64,000 bases of DNA from Spirochaetia bacterium (GTDB lineage Bacteria; Spirochaetota; Spirochaetia; SZUA-6; Bin103): contig CBDBOV010000006.1 in assembly GCA_965208575.1 (NCBI GenBank), positions 1,312,001 through 1,376,000 of the forward strand, in the 5' to 3' direction. Below, piece by piece: positions 20,003 to 30,261 of the stretch (position 1 is the stretch's first letter; each line of letters begins with the position of its first letter). The notes beneath the pieces are model-generated. The model was not told the DNA's origin. It saw only the letters and a program-made list of their open reading frames with translations, and ran no database searches. Both the position numbers and the translations under genes were made by a program.

Positions 20003-22398
20003 GAACGGCCTCCCGCGGCTCCGGAACCGGCACCGGCCGCTTCGTTCGCTCGCGTTGCGGCGGCGGGCTCCGCCGCCGGTTCGGCCGAGCCGTCACCGGC
20101 CTGGCCGTTGCCGCCAGGTGCTGCGACTGGCCATGCGGACGGTGGTTCGCCGGCGCTCTGCGCGGCGGCGGCAGCGGGCACGCTGACCGGCGGTGCGGGC
20201 GCTTCGCCCGCGCTCCGTGCGGCGGCGGCAACGGGCACGCCGACCGGCGGTGCGGACGCTTCGCCCGCGGCGGCTGGTGCCGCCCCGTGGCCGCCGTGGC
20301 CGAACGCGCGGCTTGCTCCAGCCGCAATGCCGTCCGCCGCCGCGGCGCCGTTGCCGCCGGCGGGCGCGCCAGCGGTGCCGTTGCCACCCGACCGCTCGCC
20401 GGCGGCTGCGACCGCGGCCGGGCCAGGCGCTCCCGCGTTGCCTTTTTCCAACCGCCCGGCGGCGGCTGCGGCTCGGTCCGGCTGCGCGGCTCCGCCCGCA
20501 CGCGCGGCACCGTTGCTGCCCGCGACAACCGGTTGCGGCGTCACCGCCTCGCCCGGGACGCTGCCGTCGTGCGCGGCGCCGGTGGTGCGGCGTGCCTGCA
20601 GCTCGAACAGCGCCGCGTAACGGCCGCCGCGCGCCAGCAGTTGCTCGTGGCTGCCGCGCTCCACGACCCGGCCCCGGTCCAGGAACAGGATCTCGTCGGC
20701 GTGCATCAGCGAGCTCAGCCGGTGGGCGATGATGATGGTGGCGCACTGCCGGGTCACCTCGCGCAGCGAGGCGCGGATGCGCTGCTCGGTGCCGGCGTCG
20801 ACCGCCGCGGTGGAGTCGTCGAAGATCATGAACGGCGGACGCAGCATCACGCTGCGCGCAATCGACAGCCGCTGCCGTTGGCCGCCCGACAGCGACACCC
20901 CGCGCTCGCCCACCAGCGTGCGGTAGCCGAGCGGCAGGCTGCGCACCCAGGCGTCGAGCTGCGCCGACGCGGTGGCGTGCGCGATGCGGTCGCGGTCGGC
21001 CCACGGATCGCCGTACGCCACGTTGCGCTCGAGGGCGGAGGTGAACACGAAGCTGTCCTGCTGGATCACCCCGACCGCGTTGCGCAGCGAATCCAGGGTC
21101 ACGTCGCGGATGTCCTGGCCGTCGATGGTGACGCGCCCGCCGGTGACGTCATAGAAGCGCGGCACCAGGTGGGCGATGGTCGACTTGCCTGCGCCCGGCG
21201 GGCCGACGATGCCCAGGGTCTGGCCGGGACCGACCGCGAACGACACCCCGCGCAGCGCTTCCGCGTCGCCGTCCTCGGTCCGGTAGACGAACGATACATC
21301 CTCGAAGCGCAACTCGCCGCCGGTCACCGCCAGCGCCGGCGCGCCCGGCTTGTCGGCCACGTCCGGCTCCTGGTCGAGCACCTCGAACAGCCGCTGGCCG
21401 GAGGAGGAGGCGCGCGCGAACGCGTTCACCATCATGCCGAGCTGGCGCACCGGCAACTGCAGAATGGTCATGAACGCCAGGAACTCGGTGAGCCGGCCCA
21501 CCGTGGCATCGCCGTTCATCACCTTCAACCCGCCCACCAGCAGCACCAGGCACATGGCGGCGTAGTAGGTCATGGTCATGACCGTGGTATTCCGCACCCG
21601 GATGCGGATCCGCTTGCGCGCCAGCAGCAGCGCCCACCGCGAGGCGCGGTCGAACTTGTGCATCTCGTGGTCCTGCGAGGTGAAGGCGCGCACCACGCGA
21701 ATCCCGCTCAGGTTCTCGTCCATCACCCGGGTCAGGATCGACATGCGCTTCTGCAACTGGTACCAGCTCTCGCGCAACTGCAGGCGCGACACGATGGCCC
21801 GCCAGCCCACCACCGGCACGAAGCTCACCGCGACCAGAGCCATCAACGGATCGGTAATGATGAGTTGCCAGGTGCCGAAGCCGATCAGCACGGCCAGGTA
21901 GAACGTGCGCAGCAGGCCGAAGTTCACGAACATGCGCACGCCTTCCACGTCGAGCATGCCGCGCGTCATCAGGTCGCCGGTGTGCACGCGGTCGTGGTAG
22001 CTGAAGCTGAGGTGTTGCAGCTTCTCGTAGTAGGCGAGCCGCAGCGAATACGCAAGCCGCTGGCCGAGCGCCTCGCCCTGCTGCATGTACAGGGCCATGA
22101 ACAGGCCGCGCCCGACGCTGGCGCCGAGCAGCCCGAGGGCCACCATCAACAGCCCGTTGCGGGTCGCCGGGTTCCACTGGGTCGCCGCCTGCAACAGGCC
22201 ATGGATGCCGTCCACCGCCTGTCCCATGAAGCGCGGAATCAGGAGTTGCGCCAGCGCCGCCGCCACGGTGCCGAGAATGCCGATCAGCAGGCGCGCGCGG
22301 TAGCGCAACGCCATGCGCGTGATGCGCGCCAGCACCCCGGCCCCGGTACGGGTGTCGACGAACGGCTGATGCCTGTCGGAAAGTGAAATGGAACTCAT
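19999..22398 (-). CDS. ABC exporter permease/ATPase half (MdlA-like) with low-complexity tail
   Basis: GPPGAGKST, LSGGQRQR, degenerate Walker B IFDDS typical of heterodimeric exporters; about 190-aa Ala/Gly/Pro tail. Confidence 0.9.
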   Translation of the reverse strand: MSSISLSDRHQPFVDTRTGAGVLARITRMALRYRARLLIGILGTVAAALAQLLIPRFMGQAVDGIHGLLQAATQWNPATRNGLLMVALGLLGASVGRGLFMALYMQQGEALGQRLAYSLRLAYYEKLQHLSFSYHDRVHTGDLMTRGMLDVEGVRMFVNFGLLRTFYLAVLIGFGTWQLIITDPLMALVAVSFVPVVGWRAIVSRLQLRESWYQLQKRMSILTRVMDENLSGIRVVRAFTSQDHEMHKFDRASRWALLLARKRIRIRVRNTTVMTMTYYAAMCLVLLVGGLKVMNGDATVGRLTEFLAFMTILQLPVRQLGMMVNAFARASSSGQRLFEVLDQEPDVADKPGAPALAVTGGELRFEDVSFVYRTEDGDAEALRGVSFAVGPGQTLGIVGPPGAGKSTIAHLVPRFYDVTGGRVTIDGQDIRDVTLDSLRNAVGVIQQDSFVFTSALERNVAYGDPWADRDRIAHATASAQLDAWVRSLPLGYRTLVGERGVSLSGGQRQRLSIARSVMLRPPFMIFDDSTAAVDAGTEQRIRASLREVTRQCATIIIAHRLSSLMHADEILFLDRGRVVERGSHEQLLARGGRYAALFELQARRTTGAAHDGSVPGEAVTPQPVVAGSNGAARAGGAAQPDRAAAAAGRLEKGNAGAPGPAAVAAAGERSGGNGTAGAPAGGNGAAAADGIAAGASRAFGHGGHGAAPAAAGEASAPPVGVPVAAAARSAGEAPAPPVSVPAAAAAQSAGEPPSAWPVAAPGGNGQAGDGSAEPAAEPAAATRANEAAGAGSGAAGGRS
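20130..20275. repeat. ~57-bp tandem repeat (2+ copies) in the ABC tail
   Basis: ttcgcc(g/c)gcgctc..gcggcggcggca.cgggcacgc.gaccggcggtgcgg.cgc repeated. Confidence 0.7.
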
Positions 22399-22449
22399 CA
22401 AGGCTGCACTTAAGTGCAAGTGCTCCCTTAATATACGGTCGGCAGAATC

Positions 22450-22884
22450 ATGGGCAAGGTGAACAACTGTACCACTTGTACGATTTGCAGGATCATCTCC
22501 GGTGAGTTGCCTTCCGCCCCGGTCCTGGAGAATTCGGAGGTGATTGCATTCATGGACCTGCGCCAGCCGCAGCCGGGCCACGTGCTGGTGGTGCCGCGCA
22601 CCCACTACGCGCGCCTCGGCGAGCTTCCCGCGGAGCTGGCGTGCGCGATGACACAGGCCGTGCTGCGCCTGACCGCGGCAATCTACCGCACGCTCGCGCC
22701 GGCCGGCGTCAACCTGACCCTGGCCGACGGCCGCGCCGCCGGCCAGGAAATCATGCACGTGCACCTGCACATCCGCCCCCGTGCGCCCGGAGACGGCGTG
22801 CTCACCGTCCGCCCCTGCGCCCCCTCCGACCAGGCCGAACTGGCCGCCCTCGCCGCCCGCATCCGCGCGCAGATGGCCGAATGA
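22450..22884 (+). CDS. HIT family hydrolase
   Basis: CTICRII, PGHVLVVP, GQEIMHVHLHI. Confidence 0.92.
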   Translation: MGKVNNCTTCTICRIISGELPSAPVLENSEVIAFMDLRQPQPGHVLVVPRTHYARLGELPAELACAMTQAVLRLTAAIYRTLAPAGVNLTLADGRAAGQEIMHVHLHIRPRAPGDGVLTVRPCAPSDQAELAALAARIRAQMAE

Positions 22885-23104
22885 CCGTGCCTGACCGCGC
22901 CCGCCGCGCCACATTGGCCGGCACAGGCGTCGCTCCGGATCCTGACCCTGTCGCAGACACGCGGAGCAGCGCCCGTCGTCCTGCGCCGACTGTGGCCGTG
23001 GCGTGGTAGTCTGTCGCCATGGCGAGAGGCGCAACACCGGCCCGTGCACCCCGCTCAGCCACGTGGGTGTCGCGGTGCTGCGTTACCGTCCGGGGAGCCG
23101 CCGC

Positions 23105-24904
23105 GTGAAGCTGTTGCACTACCTGGAGATCCAGAACTTCAAGCGGTTCGGCGACAGCGAGCGCATCGAACTGGATCACCCGGCGGTGCTGATCGGACCC
23201 AACAACTGCGGCAAGACCACGGCCATACAGGCGATCGCGCTGTGGTCGCAGGCGGTGCGGGCGTGGCACGCAAGCAAGGGCAAGGCACCGCCGAGGCAGC
23301 GCACCTCCACCTCGTTGAACCGCCTCACCATTGTCGCCGTACCCGTGCAGCGTACGCGCTACTTCTGGCACAACGCGGCCGTGCGCGCCGGCAACACCGA
23401 CATTCCGTTGCGGATCACGCTCGGCGTCCTGCACGACCACAAGGTGGAGCCGGTTACGATGCAGTTTCGCAATCAGGGTGAGGACCTGGTGTACTGCACC
23501 CCCGACGAATCGACCCTGGCGCGGCCGGAGCTGGTCGCCACGGCCGCCGCGCTGAACGTCGAACTGCTCTATCCGATGTCGGGCCTGGAGACCGAGGAGC
23601 CGATTCTGCAGCGCGGGCGCATCGACGTGCTGCTCGGCCAGGGCCAGACCGCGCAGGTGCTGCGCAACCTGTGTCTGCTGGTATACCAGGCGAACCCGGA
23701 TAACTGGAAGCGGATCGCCGAATGGATGCAGCGCCTGTTCAACGTCACGTTCAGCGACCCGAAAGAGACCTCTCGGGGAAGCATCGACCTGTTCTATCGG
23801 CAGGATTCGGTCAGAGAACCCCTCGACGTTGCCGTGGCGGGCCGTGGTTTGCAGCAGATGCTGCTGTTGCTAGCGTATCTCTACTCGCATCGCCGCAGCG
23901 TCATCCTGATCGACGAACCGGACGCGCACCTGGAGATCCTGCGGCAGAAACAGGTGTACGTCCTGTTGCGCGAACTTGCCGCCGAGAACGAGTCACAAGT
24001 GATTCTCGTCACCCACTCGGAAGTGATCCTGGACGAGGCGCTCGACCACAACCTCACCCTCCTCCTTGCCGGCCGGGCCGACGACGTGGCGGCAAGGGCC
24101 TCAATCAGAAATGCGCTCAAGCACTACGGCGCCGAGCACTACGTCCGCGCCCGCGAACGGGGCTACGTGCTGTATGTCGAAGGCGGTACCGACATCGAGA
24201 TCCTCCGAGCCCTGGCCGAACGGATCGGGCACCCCGCAGCGGCCGAGTGGGACGAGCGAATCAACTCGTTCTACGTGGCCGACAACTATCCCGACACCAG
24301 CCTGGATTCCGAGCTGGCCCGCGTCGAGGGGGGCTTCGGCGTCACGCCGCAACGGCACTTTCACGCACTGCGCGGCATGGTGCCGGGGCTGATCGGACTG
24401 GCGATCCTCGACAACGATGGGAGGGCGCGCCAGGACTCCACCGAAGGCGGACTCACCATCCGTTACTGGCAGCGGTACGAATGCGAAAACTATGTCGTAA
24501 CGCCCGAGACGCTGGGCGAGTTCGCCAGGGACTACTACCGGGAGACCCCGTTGTTCGGTGGATTCCAGACCGAGATCGACGAGAGCCTGGACACCGTGAT
24601 TCTGGAACACATCTTTGCCGGCCGCGAACAGGACTTCGAACTGTGGCGGGCGGCGGACGAAGCGACCCGGCGGCTGCTGTGGGAAGCTCGCACCGAGCAC
24701 CTCAAGCTGAGTTCGTTTGCCGAGGAATTCTTTCGCCGTCTCGCGCAGCGGCTCGGACACGCCATGCTGCTGCGCAAAGGGGAACTCCATCGGCTCGTGG
24801 AGTATCTTCCCGTAGAGCGCATTCCCGAGGAGGTCGCCGGCAAGCTGGACCTGGTCGCCGGCCTGTTCGCGGGCGCCCGCCGCGAACAAACCGAGACCGG
24901 ATAG
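23105..24904 (+). CDS. ABC-type ATPase fused to TOPRIM-like domain (OLD/AAA_21-like)
   Basis: LEIQNFKRF, GPNNCGKTT, GRGLQQ, ILIDEPDAHL, VTHS, then YVEGGTD and LDND. Confidence 0.8.
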   Translation: MKLLHYLEIQNFKRFGDSERIELDHPAVLIGPNNCGKTTAIQAIALWSQAVRAWHASKGKAPPRQRTSTSLNRLTIVAVPVQRTRYFWHNAAVRAGNTDIPLRITLGVLHDHKVEPVTMQFRNQGEDLVYCTPDESTLARPELVATAAALNVELLYPMSGLETEEPILQRGRIDVLLGQGQTAQVLRNLCLLVYQANPDNWKRIAEWMQRLFNVTFSDPKETSRGSIDLFYRQDSVREPLDVAVAGRGLQQMLLLLAYLYSHRRSVILIDEPDAHLEILRQKQVYVLLRELAAENESQVILVTHSEVILDEALDHNLTLLLAGRADDVAARASIRNALKHYGAEHYVRARERGYVLYVEGGTDIEILRALAERIGHPAAAEWDERINSFYVADNYPDTSLDSELARVEGGFGVTPQRHFHALRGMVPGLIGLAILDNDGRARQDSTEGGLTIRYWQRYECENYVVTPETLGEFARDYYRETPLFGGFQTEIDESLDTVILEHIFAGREQDFELWRAADEATRRLLWEARTEHLKLSSFAEEFFRRLAQRLGHAMLLRKGELHRLVEYLPVERIPEEVAGKLDLVAGLFAGARREQTETG

Positions 24905-24929
24905 CGGTGCGCGCGGTGCGCCGCTTGCG

Positions 24930-24958
24930 TTGACAGGGCGGAGCGGCGTTCGTAGGGT
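24930..24958 (+). promoter_or_regulatory. sigma70 promoter, probably leaderless transcript
   Basis: TTGACA-17 nt-TAGGGT-7 nt-ATG(24966), no Shine-Dalgarno. Confidence 0.65.
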
Positions 24959-24965
24959 CGCAGGC

Positions 24966-25823
24966 ATGCCGATTACCGCGGCCGCAGAGCGCGAGCAGTT
25001 GATCCGGGACGGGTATTGCGTGTTCGAGCAGGTGCTCGATGCCGGCACGGTGGCGGAGCTGAACGAGATGAGCGAGTGGACGCTCGCGCAGGTGGACGCC
25101 TCCCACTTCGCCGAGAACCGGGCGCGCGGCAGCATCATCCCCTACTGGACCTACCCGCACCCGGCCTTCGCCGAGTTGCTGGCGCATCCGGCCGCGCTGG
25201 CGGCGTTCGCCCGGCTCGGGTTCGACCGGCCCCGGGTGTGGAGCGGGTTCGTGATCAGCAAGCCGCCGCACAGCCCGCCGCTGCACTGGCACCAGGACGG
25301 CCTGCTGTGGGAGCATCCGATCAGCTACACCGACCAGCCGCAGCAGTACTTCCTGATGTACTACCTGGTCGACACCAGCCGCGACAACGGCTGTTTGCGG
25401 CTCATACCGGGCTCGCATCTCAAGCGCCACCCCCTGCACGATCAGGACCCGCGCGCTACCGGGGAGCACGACGTGATCCGCGACGTGGCGCTCGATCACC
25501 CGGCGTTCCAGCCCGCGGAGGGAGAGGTCGACGTGCCGGTTCGTGCCGGCGACGTGGTGATCGGCGACGCCCGCCTGCTGCACTCGGCGCACGGCAACGG
25601 CAGCGACCGGCGGCGCACGGTGCTCACCATCTGGTACTGGCCCGCCTACGACGACCTGCCGGGAGCGGTGAAGGCGCTGATCACCGACCACGTCGCCGAG
25701 TCCCCCGAGTGGTGCGACTGGGTGCGGGCGACGCGGTCGATCACCGCGCCGCTCATCCCGGCCTACGACGGCGCCGCCAAGGCGCCGCCGCTGCGCACCG
25801 CCCCCGGCCCCGCCCTGCGCTGA
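24966..25823 (+). CDS. Phytanoyl-CoA dioxygenase (PhyH) family
   Basis: DGYCVF, LHWHQD, NGCLRLIPGSH, AGDVVIGDARLLH. Confidence 0.9.
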   Translation: MPITAAAEREQLIRDGYCVFEQVLDAGTVAELNEMSEWTLAQVDASHFAENRARGSIIPYWTYPHPAFAELLAHPAALAAFARLGFDRPRVWSGFVISKPPHSPPLHWHQDGLLWEHPISYTDQPQQYFLMYYLVDTSRDNGCLRLIPGSHLKRHPLHDQDPRATGEHDVIRDVALDHPAFQPAEGEVDVPVRAGDVVIGDARLLHSAHGNGSDRRRTVLTIWYWPAYDDLPGAVKALITDHVAESPEWCDWVRATRSITAPLIPAYDGAAKAPPLRTAPGPALR

Positions 25824-26036
25824 CCGGTTCCCGGAGACCACGGGCCGCTACGCTGCCGGCGCCGACGGCCCGAGCCGGGCGCACGCTCCGCCGCGGGAGT
25901 CGCCGCCGCACGCGGAGCTGATGCGCAGCGTGGTCCGTCGCGTGAGCGACGGGTACGGCTTCGCCCGGCGGGCGGGCCGCGCTGGCCGGGTGGCCGGTCT
26001 TGCGGGCCGTTGCGCCGGGCGCTACATTCCGGCGCG

Positions 26037-27173
26037 ATGAACGTACAAGAGGACCGGGTACGACTCGGCGTGATCGGCTGCGGGATGGTGAGCGACTCCT
26101 ACCTGCAGACCCTGCAGCGGTTCGACCACGTGGTGTTCGCCGCCTGTGCCGACCTGGATCCGGAGCGGGCGCGGCGCGTAGCCGCGGAATATGGGTTCGC
26201 ACGCGCGTGCAGCGTCGATGAACTGGTGCGCGGAGACGACACCGACCTGGTGCTCAACCTGACCATCCCGGCGGCGCACGCCGAGCTCAACCTGGCGGCG
26301 CTGGACGGGGGCAAGCACGTCTACTCCGAGAAGCCGCTCGGCATCACGCTCCAGGAAGCTCAGGAGGTGCTTCGCCGGGCCGAACACCTGGGTGCGCGCG
26401 TCGGCTGCGCTCCCGACACCTTCCTGGCCGGGGGCCACCAGCACTGCCGGGACCTGGTCGACCAGGGCGCCGTCGGCCGGCTGGTCGCCGCGTTCGGCGC
26501 CGTGGCCGGACACGGTCCCGACGCCTACCACGCCAACCCGCACTTCTTCTACGAGCAGGGCGCGGGGCCGCTGCTCGACCAGGGCGTGTACGTGATCACC
26601 GCACTGCTGCCGCTGTTCGGGCGGGTCAAGGCGGTGTCGGCGCGCGCCCAGGTCGGCATCACCGACCGCACGGTGCTCACCGAGCCGCGCTTCGGCGAGA
26701 AGATCGACGTGCAGACGCCCACCCACCTGGTGTGCGCCCTGGAATTCGAGGCGGGCGGCCTGGCCAACCTGATGGTGAGTTGGGAGATCTGGGCCTCCAA
26801 GGTGCCGTTGATGGAGGTGTACGGCACCGGGGGCACCATCCGGCTGCCGCACTGGAACCACTACGAAGCCGAGTTCGACCTGTACCGCCACGGGCCGGAG
26901 GGCGGCACATGGCAGGCCGTCACGACCGAGCGCCCCTACGCCGCCGGCTCCTGGCGCGGCCTGGGCGTGGCCGACATGGCGGCCGCGCTCCTGTCCGGCC
27001 GCCCCCACCGCGCCTCCGGCGAGCGCGCCAACCACGTCCTGGAGATCATGGCCGGCCTCGTGCGCTCCGCCAAAACCGGCGCCCCGATCCCGATCACCAC
27101 CCCCTACACCAAGCCCGACCCATTCCCCGCCCACCTCGCCGACGGCCACCTGGACCAACTCCCCGCAACCTGA
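26037..27173 (+). CDS. Gfo/Idh/MocA family oxidoreductase
   Basis: LGVIGCGMVS, GKHVYSEKP, GCAPDTFL, GAGPLLDQGVY. Confidence 0.92.
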   Translation: MNVQEDRVRLGVIGCGMVSDSYLQTLQRFDHVVFAACADLDPERARRVAAEYGFARACSVDELVRGDDTDLVLNLTIPAAHAELNLAALDGGKHVYSEKPLGITLQEAQEVLRRAEHLGARVGCAPDTFLAGGHQHCRDLVDQGAVGRLVAAFGAVAGHGPDAYHANPHFFYEQGAGPLLDQGVYVITALLPLFGRVKAVSARAQVGITDRTVLTEPRFGEKIDVQTPTHLVCALEFEAGGLANLMVSWEIWASKVPLMEVYGTGGTIRLPHWNHYEAEFDLYRHGPEGGTWQAVTTERPYAAGSWRGLGVADMAAALLSGRPHRASGERANHVLEIMAGLVRSAKTGAPIPITTPYTKPDPFPAHLADGHLDQLPAT

Positions 27174-27261
27174 ATCCCTACAGAGAGATACTCGATGTCC
27201 TCATGTGCGAAGAAATAGGACAACCTAGCGCAAGCTAGTCGTCTACGCCCCTGGTGGGCGG

Positions 27262-30261
27262 CTACGCGTCAATCTGCTTGCGGATGTCCGCCGCAATTTT
27301 GAGAACTTCCACTGGTGCGCGCACCTCTTCACCGGTGCGCTGGCGCAACGCTACGACGAGCGGGGCCAGTGCGTCGGACTTCTCCGGATCACTCGACAGT
27401 GTGTCAAGCACCTCTTGGTCTGGACTACCGCCGGAGACCAGGAGGCGCACGCAGTCTATCAACTTGCCCGTCATCACATCGCTTACGGGAGCGAATGCAG
27501 CATACAGGGAACGAAAAGCACTATCACTTCGGCTTTTGTCGCCTCGTTTGATCAGGATCATCATCCTCATCCATCGCGCGTTCCACTCGAACGGAACTCC
27601 CCTATTGTCCAACAACGAGCCGTATCTGGTCTCCAGTTCGTCGCAGCCGTGCAGAGCACATGCTTCCTTCCCAATCGTGATGTGTGTCAAGCTCCTAAGA
27701 AAAATCGCTTGTGCTACCAATGATCGTAGATCAGTCGAGTCGCTATTACGAAGACGCTCCACTACTTCGTTGAATGATGCAATAGCAACCATGCGTGTCT
27801 CTCGCTGTGTCTGAACGACTCCCTTGTTGATCAACGCTCCGGCGCATATCCTCCGCAGCTCCGGGGCATCACAATCGCCAAAACGCTCCACAACAAGGTC
27901 ATATATTGTCACCTCGGCTTCGTGTTCACCAAGCTCCCCGTGTACGCAAGCCTTGTTGAACATAGCTTGGGCAACAAGCTCCCTTACATACGGCCCTGCA
28001 TAGACGCTGAAGCGCTTCAGCAGTTGGTCATAACTCGCGGTCGCCAGAGCGCGCTCCCCACGTTGGGATTCCGAAAATCCCTTGTTGAAAATCGCTTGGG
28101 CGACAAGCACCTGCAGGTCCTGTATAGTGCTGTCTCCAAAGCGCTCAATCACCTCGTTGTAGGTCCTTGTCTCTGCTGCGTACAGCGCTTGCTTACGTTG
28201 CACCTCACCCTTGTTTACCAACGCTGCCGCCACCATCTCCAGGATATTTCGAGATTCACTCGTACCAAAACGCCGTACGACCTCGTCGCACGTTGCCATC
28301 GCGGCTGCATGCCGGTGACACTCTCTCTGCTCAACGCTCTTGCGGAACATTGCACGGGCTACCGCACTCTGCAATTCAGGATCGTCGCTTCGTCCGAAAC
28401 GAAGCACAACGTCGTCGTTGGTCGCAATCGCAGCGTGGAACTCTCCACATTTCTCGTGCGAAATTGCCTTTCTGATCATTGAGAAAGCGACTATTCTCCG
28501 AACATCGGACGTGTTGTTTGTGGTAGAGCGTTTAATCACCTCTTCGTAGATAGGAATCGCATCGGCATGTCTTTTCTGCGTGTCGCACGCAATTCCGCTA
28601 CCCAACAACGCACGACAGACCGAGACCTGCAATTCCGGGGCGCTGCTTGATCCGAATTGTGTCACTACCTGCCCGTACGACAAGGTCGCCGCCGAATACG
28701 CGCCAGTCGTGTGTTGCACAATCCCTTTGTTGATCAGACTCGCGGCGACCCAAACCTGAAGGTCTATTTCATCGCTCGAACCGAATCTGTCGATTGCCTC
28801 GTCGTAAGTCGCAATCGCGGCGCGATGTTCTCCGAGCTGTCCTTGAACACGGCCCTTTCTAACGATCGCGGAAGCGACCTGCACGAGCGAACCCAGGTCT
28901 CGGCGGGAACCCAGGCGCTCCACGACCCTATCATAAACGACTATCTGCTTGATGTCTGTCCATGCACCGTCATTGAAGGCGTGGTCGAGCTGCGAAATCT
29001 CCATTCTAGCCCGCTCGATGCCGGCTCGGATCACAATGGATCGCGAGGCCTCCGAGATCAGGTGACCAGACAAAGCGACAATCTCCTCGTTGCGATAGAA
29101 GGCGATCATGAATCGGAGCAGGTTCTGTACGACGGCCGCTTCATCACGTTGGCGGCGCAACTGGTAGTAGATGGAGTATAGGGGTTCCGCAACTTCGTAG
29201 AGCCGCCTCCTGCCACTCCCTCGCGCGCGCACGGCGTGACGCTTGACGAGCCGCCCCAGCATGGTCGAGACGGTTCGTACGTCCATCCGCGCGTGGTCGG
29301 AGATCTCGCCTGTGCTCGACGGTTGCCAGAGGTCGGCAATGGCCAGGAATACGCGGCGCTCGATTCTGGGGAGAGCTTCCTGGTAGCCGCGGAAGGTGTC
29401 CGTCAGATCGTCAACCAGTTGCGCCAGTTCTTCCATCAACTGGCGCAGGGAACGGTGTCTGGCGAATCCGGCGACGATGACTACGTAACGGGGAGAGCCG
29501 CCGGTCAGGATCTCAAGCGCCCTCTGCTGGCGTTCGCTCGCCGCGTCGCCACTCACCACCTCCCACAAGCGTCCGCACTGCGCGGCATTCAACGGTGCGA
29601 GAGCGATAATTCGGAACAACTCGAAGAACGGTTCGCCGGCGTCATCCAGTGCCTCGAAGCGGCTGGTCGCAGTGGCCAACAGGATGATCTGCGGCTCGGT
29701 CTGCAGCGTCTTGCGCAGGTTCCAACCGAAGTCTTCGTCCACGTTGGCGCACAGCGCCTGCAGGTTCTCCACCATGAGGACGAGACGCCTGCCAAGTGAG
29801 CACGCAGCCTCCAGGACAGCGACGCGGACACGCTCGTCGAGCTCCCGTTCCCGCCAGCGGGTGGCAAGGTCGTCTCGGGTTGCCCGCAGGTTCCGTGCGA
29901 GCCCGGGGTTCTCCTTGTCGACAGCGTTTGCAAGATAGAACAGAACCTCCAACCAGAAGTCCGCGGCGCTGAGGATCTCGTCGCTCTCCTCCATGAAGCG
30001 AACGGGCAGCAGGTGATCAGAGAGCTCGGAGTTGCCGCGTAGTTCAGCGGCGATACGAGCCAACAGCATGGTCTTCCCCCTGCCTCTCGGGGCCACGATC
30101 AATGTGTGCTGGCAGGAGTCGACGGCGACATTCCCCCGAAGAGTCTCAAGCGCGATGGCGAGTTCGTGCTCTCGGACCACGAACTGCGCCCTGACTTCCT
30201 CGTCAGACTGGAGCATTCCGGGATTGCGCTTGCGAATGATCCGCGGTTGCGATTTACTCAC
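27262..30261 (-). CDS. P-loop ATPase-wHTH-TPR repeat protein (STAND-like), 999 aa
   Basis: GTG start overlaps the upstream stop; APRGRGKT, LVLMVENL, LTGGSPR, wHTH (TGEISDHARMDVRTVSTMLGRL), about ten 43-aa TPR-like repeats. Confidence 0.85.
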   Translation of the reverse strand: MSKSQPRIIRKRNPGMLQSDEEVRAQFVVREHELAIALETLRGNVAVDSCQHTLIVAPRGRGKTMLLARIAAELRGNSELSDHLLPVRFMEESDEILSAADFWLEVLFYLANAVDKENPGLARNLRATRDDLATRWRERELDERVRVAVLEAACSLGRRLVLMVENLQALCANVDEDFGWNLRKTLQTEPQIILLATATSRFEALDDAGEPFFELFRIIALAPLNAAQCGRLWEVVSGDAASERQQRALEILTGGSPRYVVIVAGFARHRSLRQLMEELAQLVDDLTDTFRGYQEALPRIERRVFLAIADLWQPSSTGEISDHARMDVRTVSTMLGRLVKRHAVRARGSGRRRLYEVAEPLYSIYYQLRRQRDEAAVVQNLLRFMIAFYRNEEIVALSGHLISEASRSIVIRAGIERARMEISQLDHAFNDGAWTDIKQIVVYDRVVERLGSRRDLGSLVQVASAIVRKGRVQGQLGEHRAAIATYDEAIDRFGSSDEIDLQVWVAASLINKGIVQHTTGAYSAATLSYGQVVTQFGSSSAPELQVSVCRALLGSGIACDTQKRHADAIPIYEEVIKRSTTNNTSDVRRIVAFSMIRKAISHEKCGEFHAAIATNDDVVLRFGRSDDPELQSAVARAMFRKSVEQRECHRHAAAMATCDEVVRRFGTSESRNILEMVAAALVNKGEVQRKQALYAAETRTYNEVIERFGDSTIQDLQVLVAQAIFNKGFSESQRGERALATASYDQLLKRFSVYAGPYVRELVAQAMFNKACVHGELGEHEAEVTIYDLVVERFGDCDAPELRRICAGALINKGVVQTQRETRMVAIASFNEVVERLRNSDSTDLRSLVAQAIFLRSLTHITIGKEACALHGCDELETRYGSLLDNRGVPFEWNARWMRMMILIKRGDKSRSDSAFRSLYAAFAPVSDVMTGKLIDCVRLLVSGGSPDQEVLDTLSSDPEKSDALAPLVVALRQRTGEEVRAPVEVLKIAADIRKQIDA

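Noticed and set aside
17924-22386. Long plus-strand ORFs (898 and 699 aa)
   Set aside because: Antisense shadows of the ABC exporter genes with no motifs of their own.
27500-29000. TPR repeats as a diversity-generating retroelement target
   Set aside because: No reverse transcriptase and no near-identical template/variable repeat pair with adenine-specific differences was seen.
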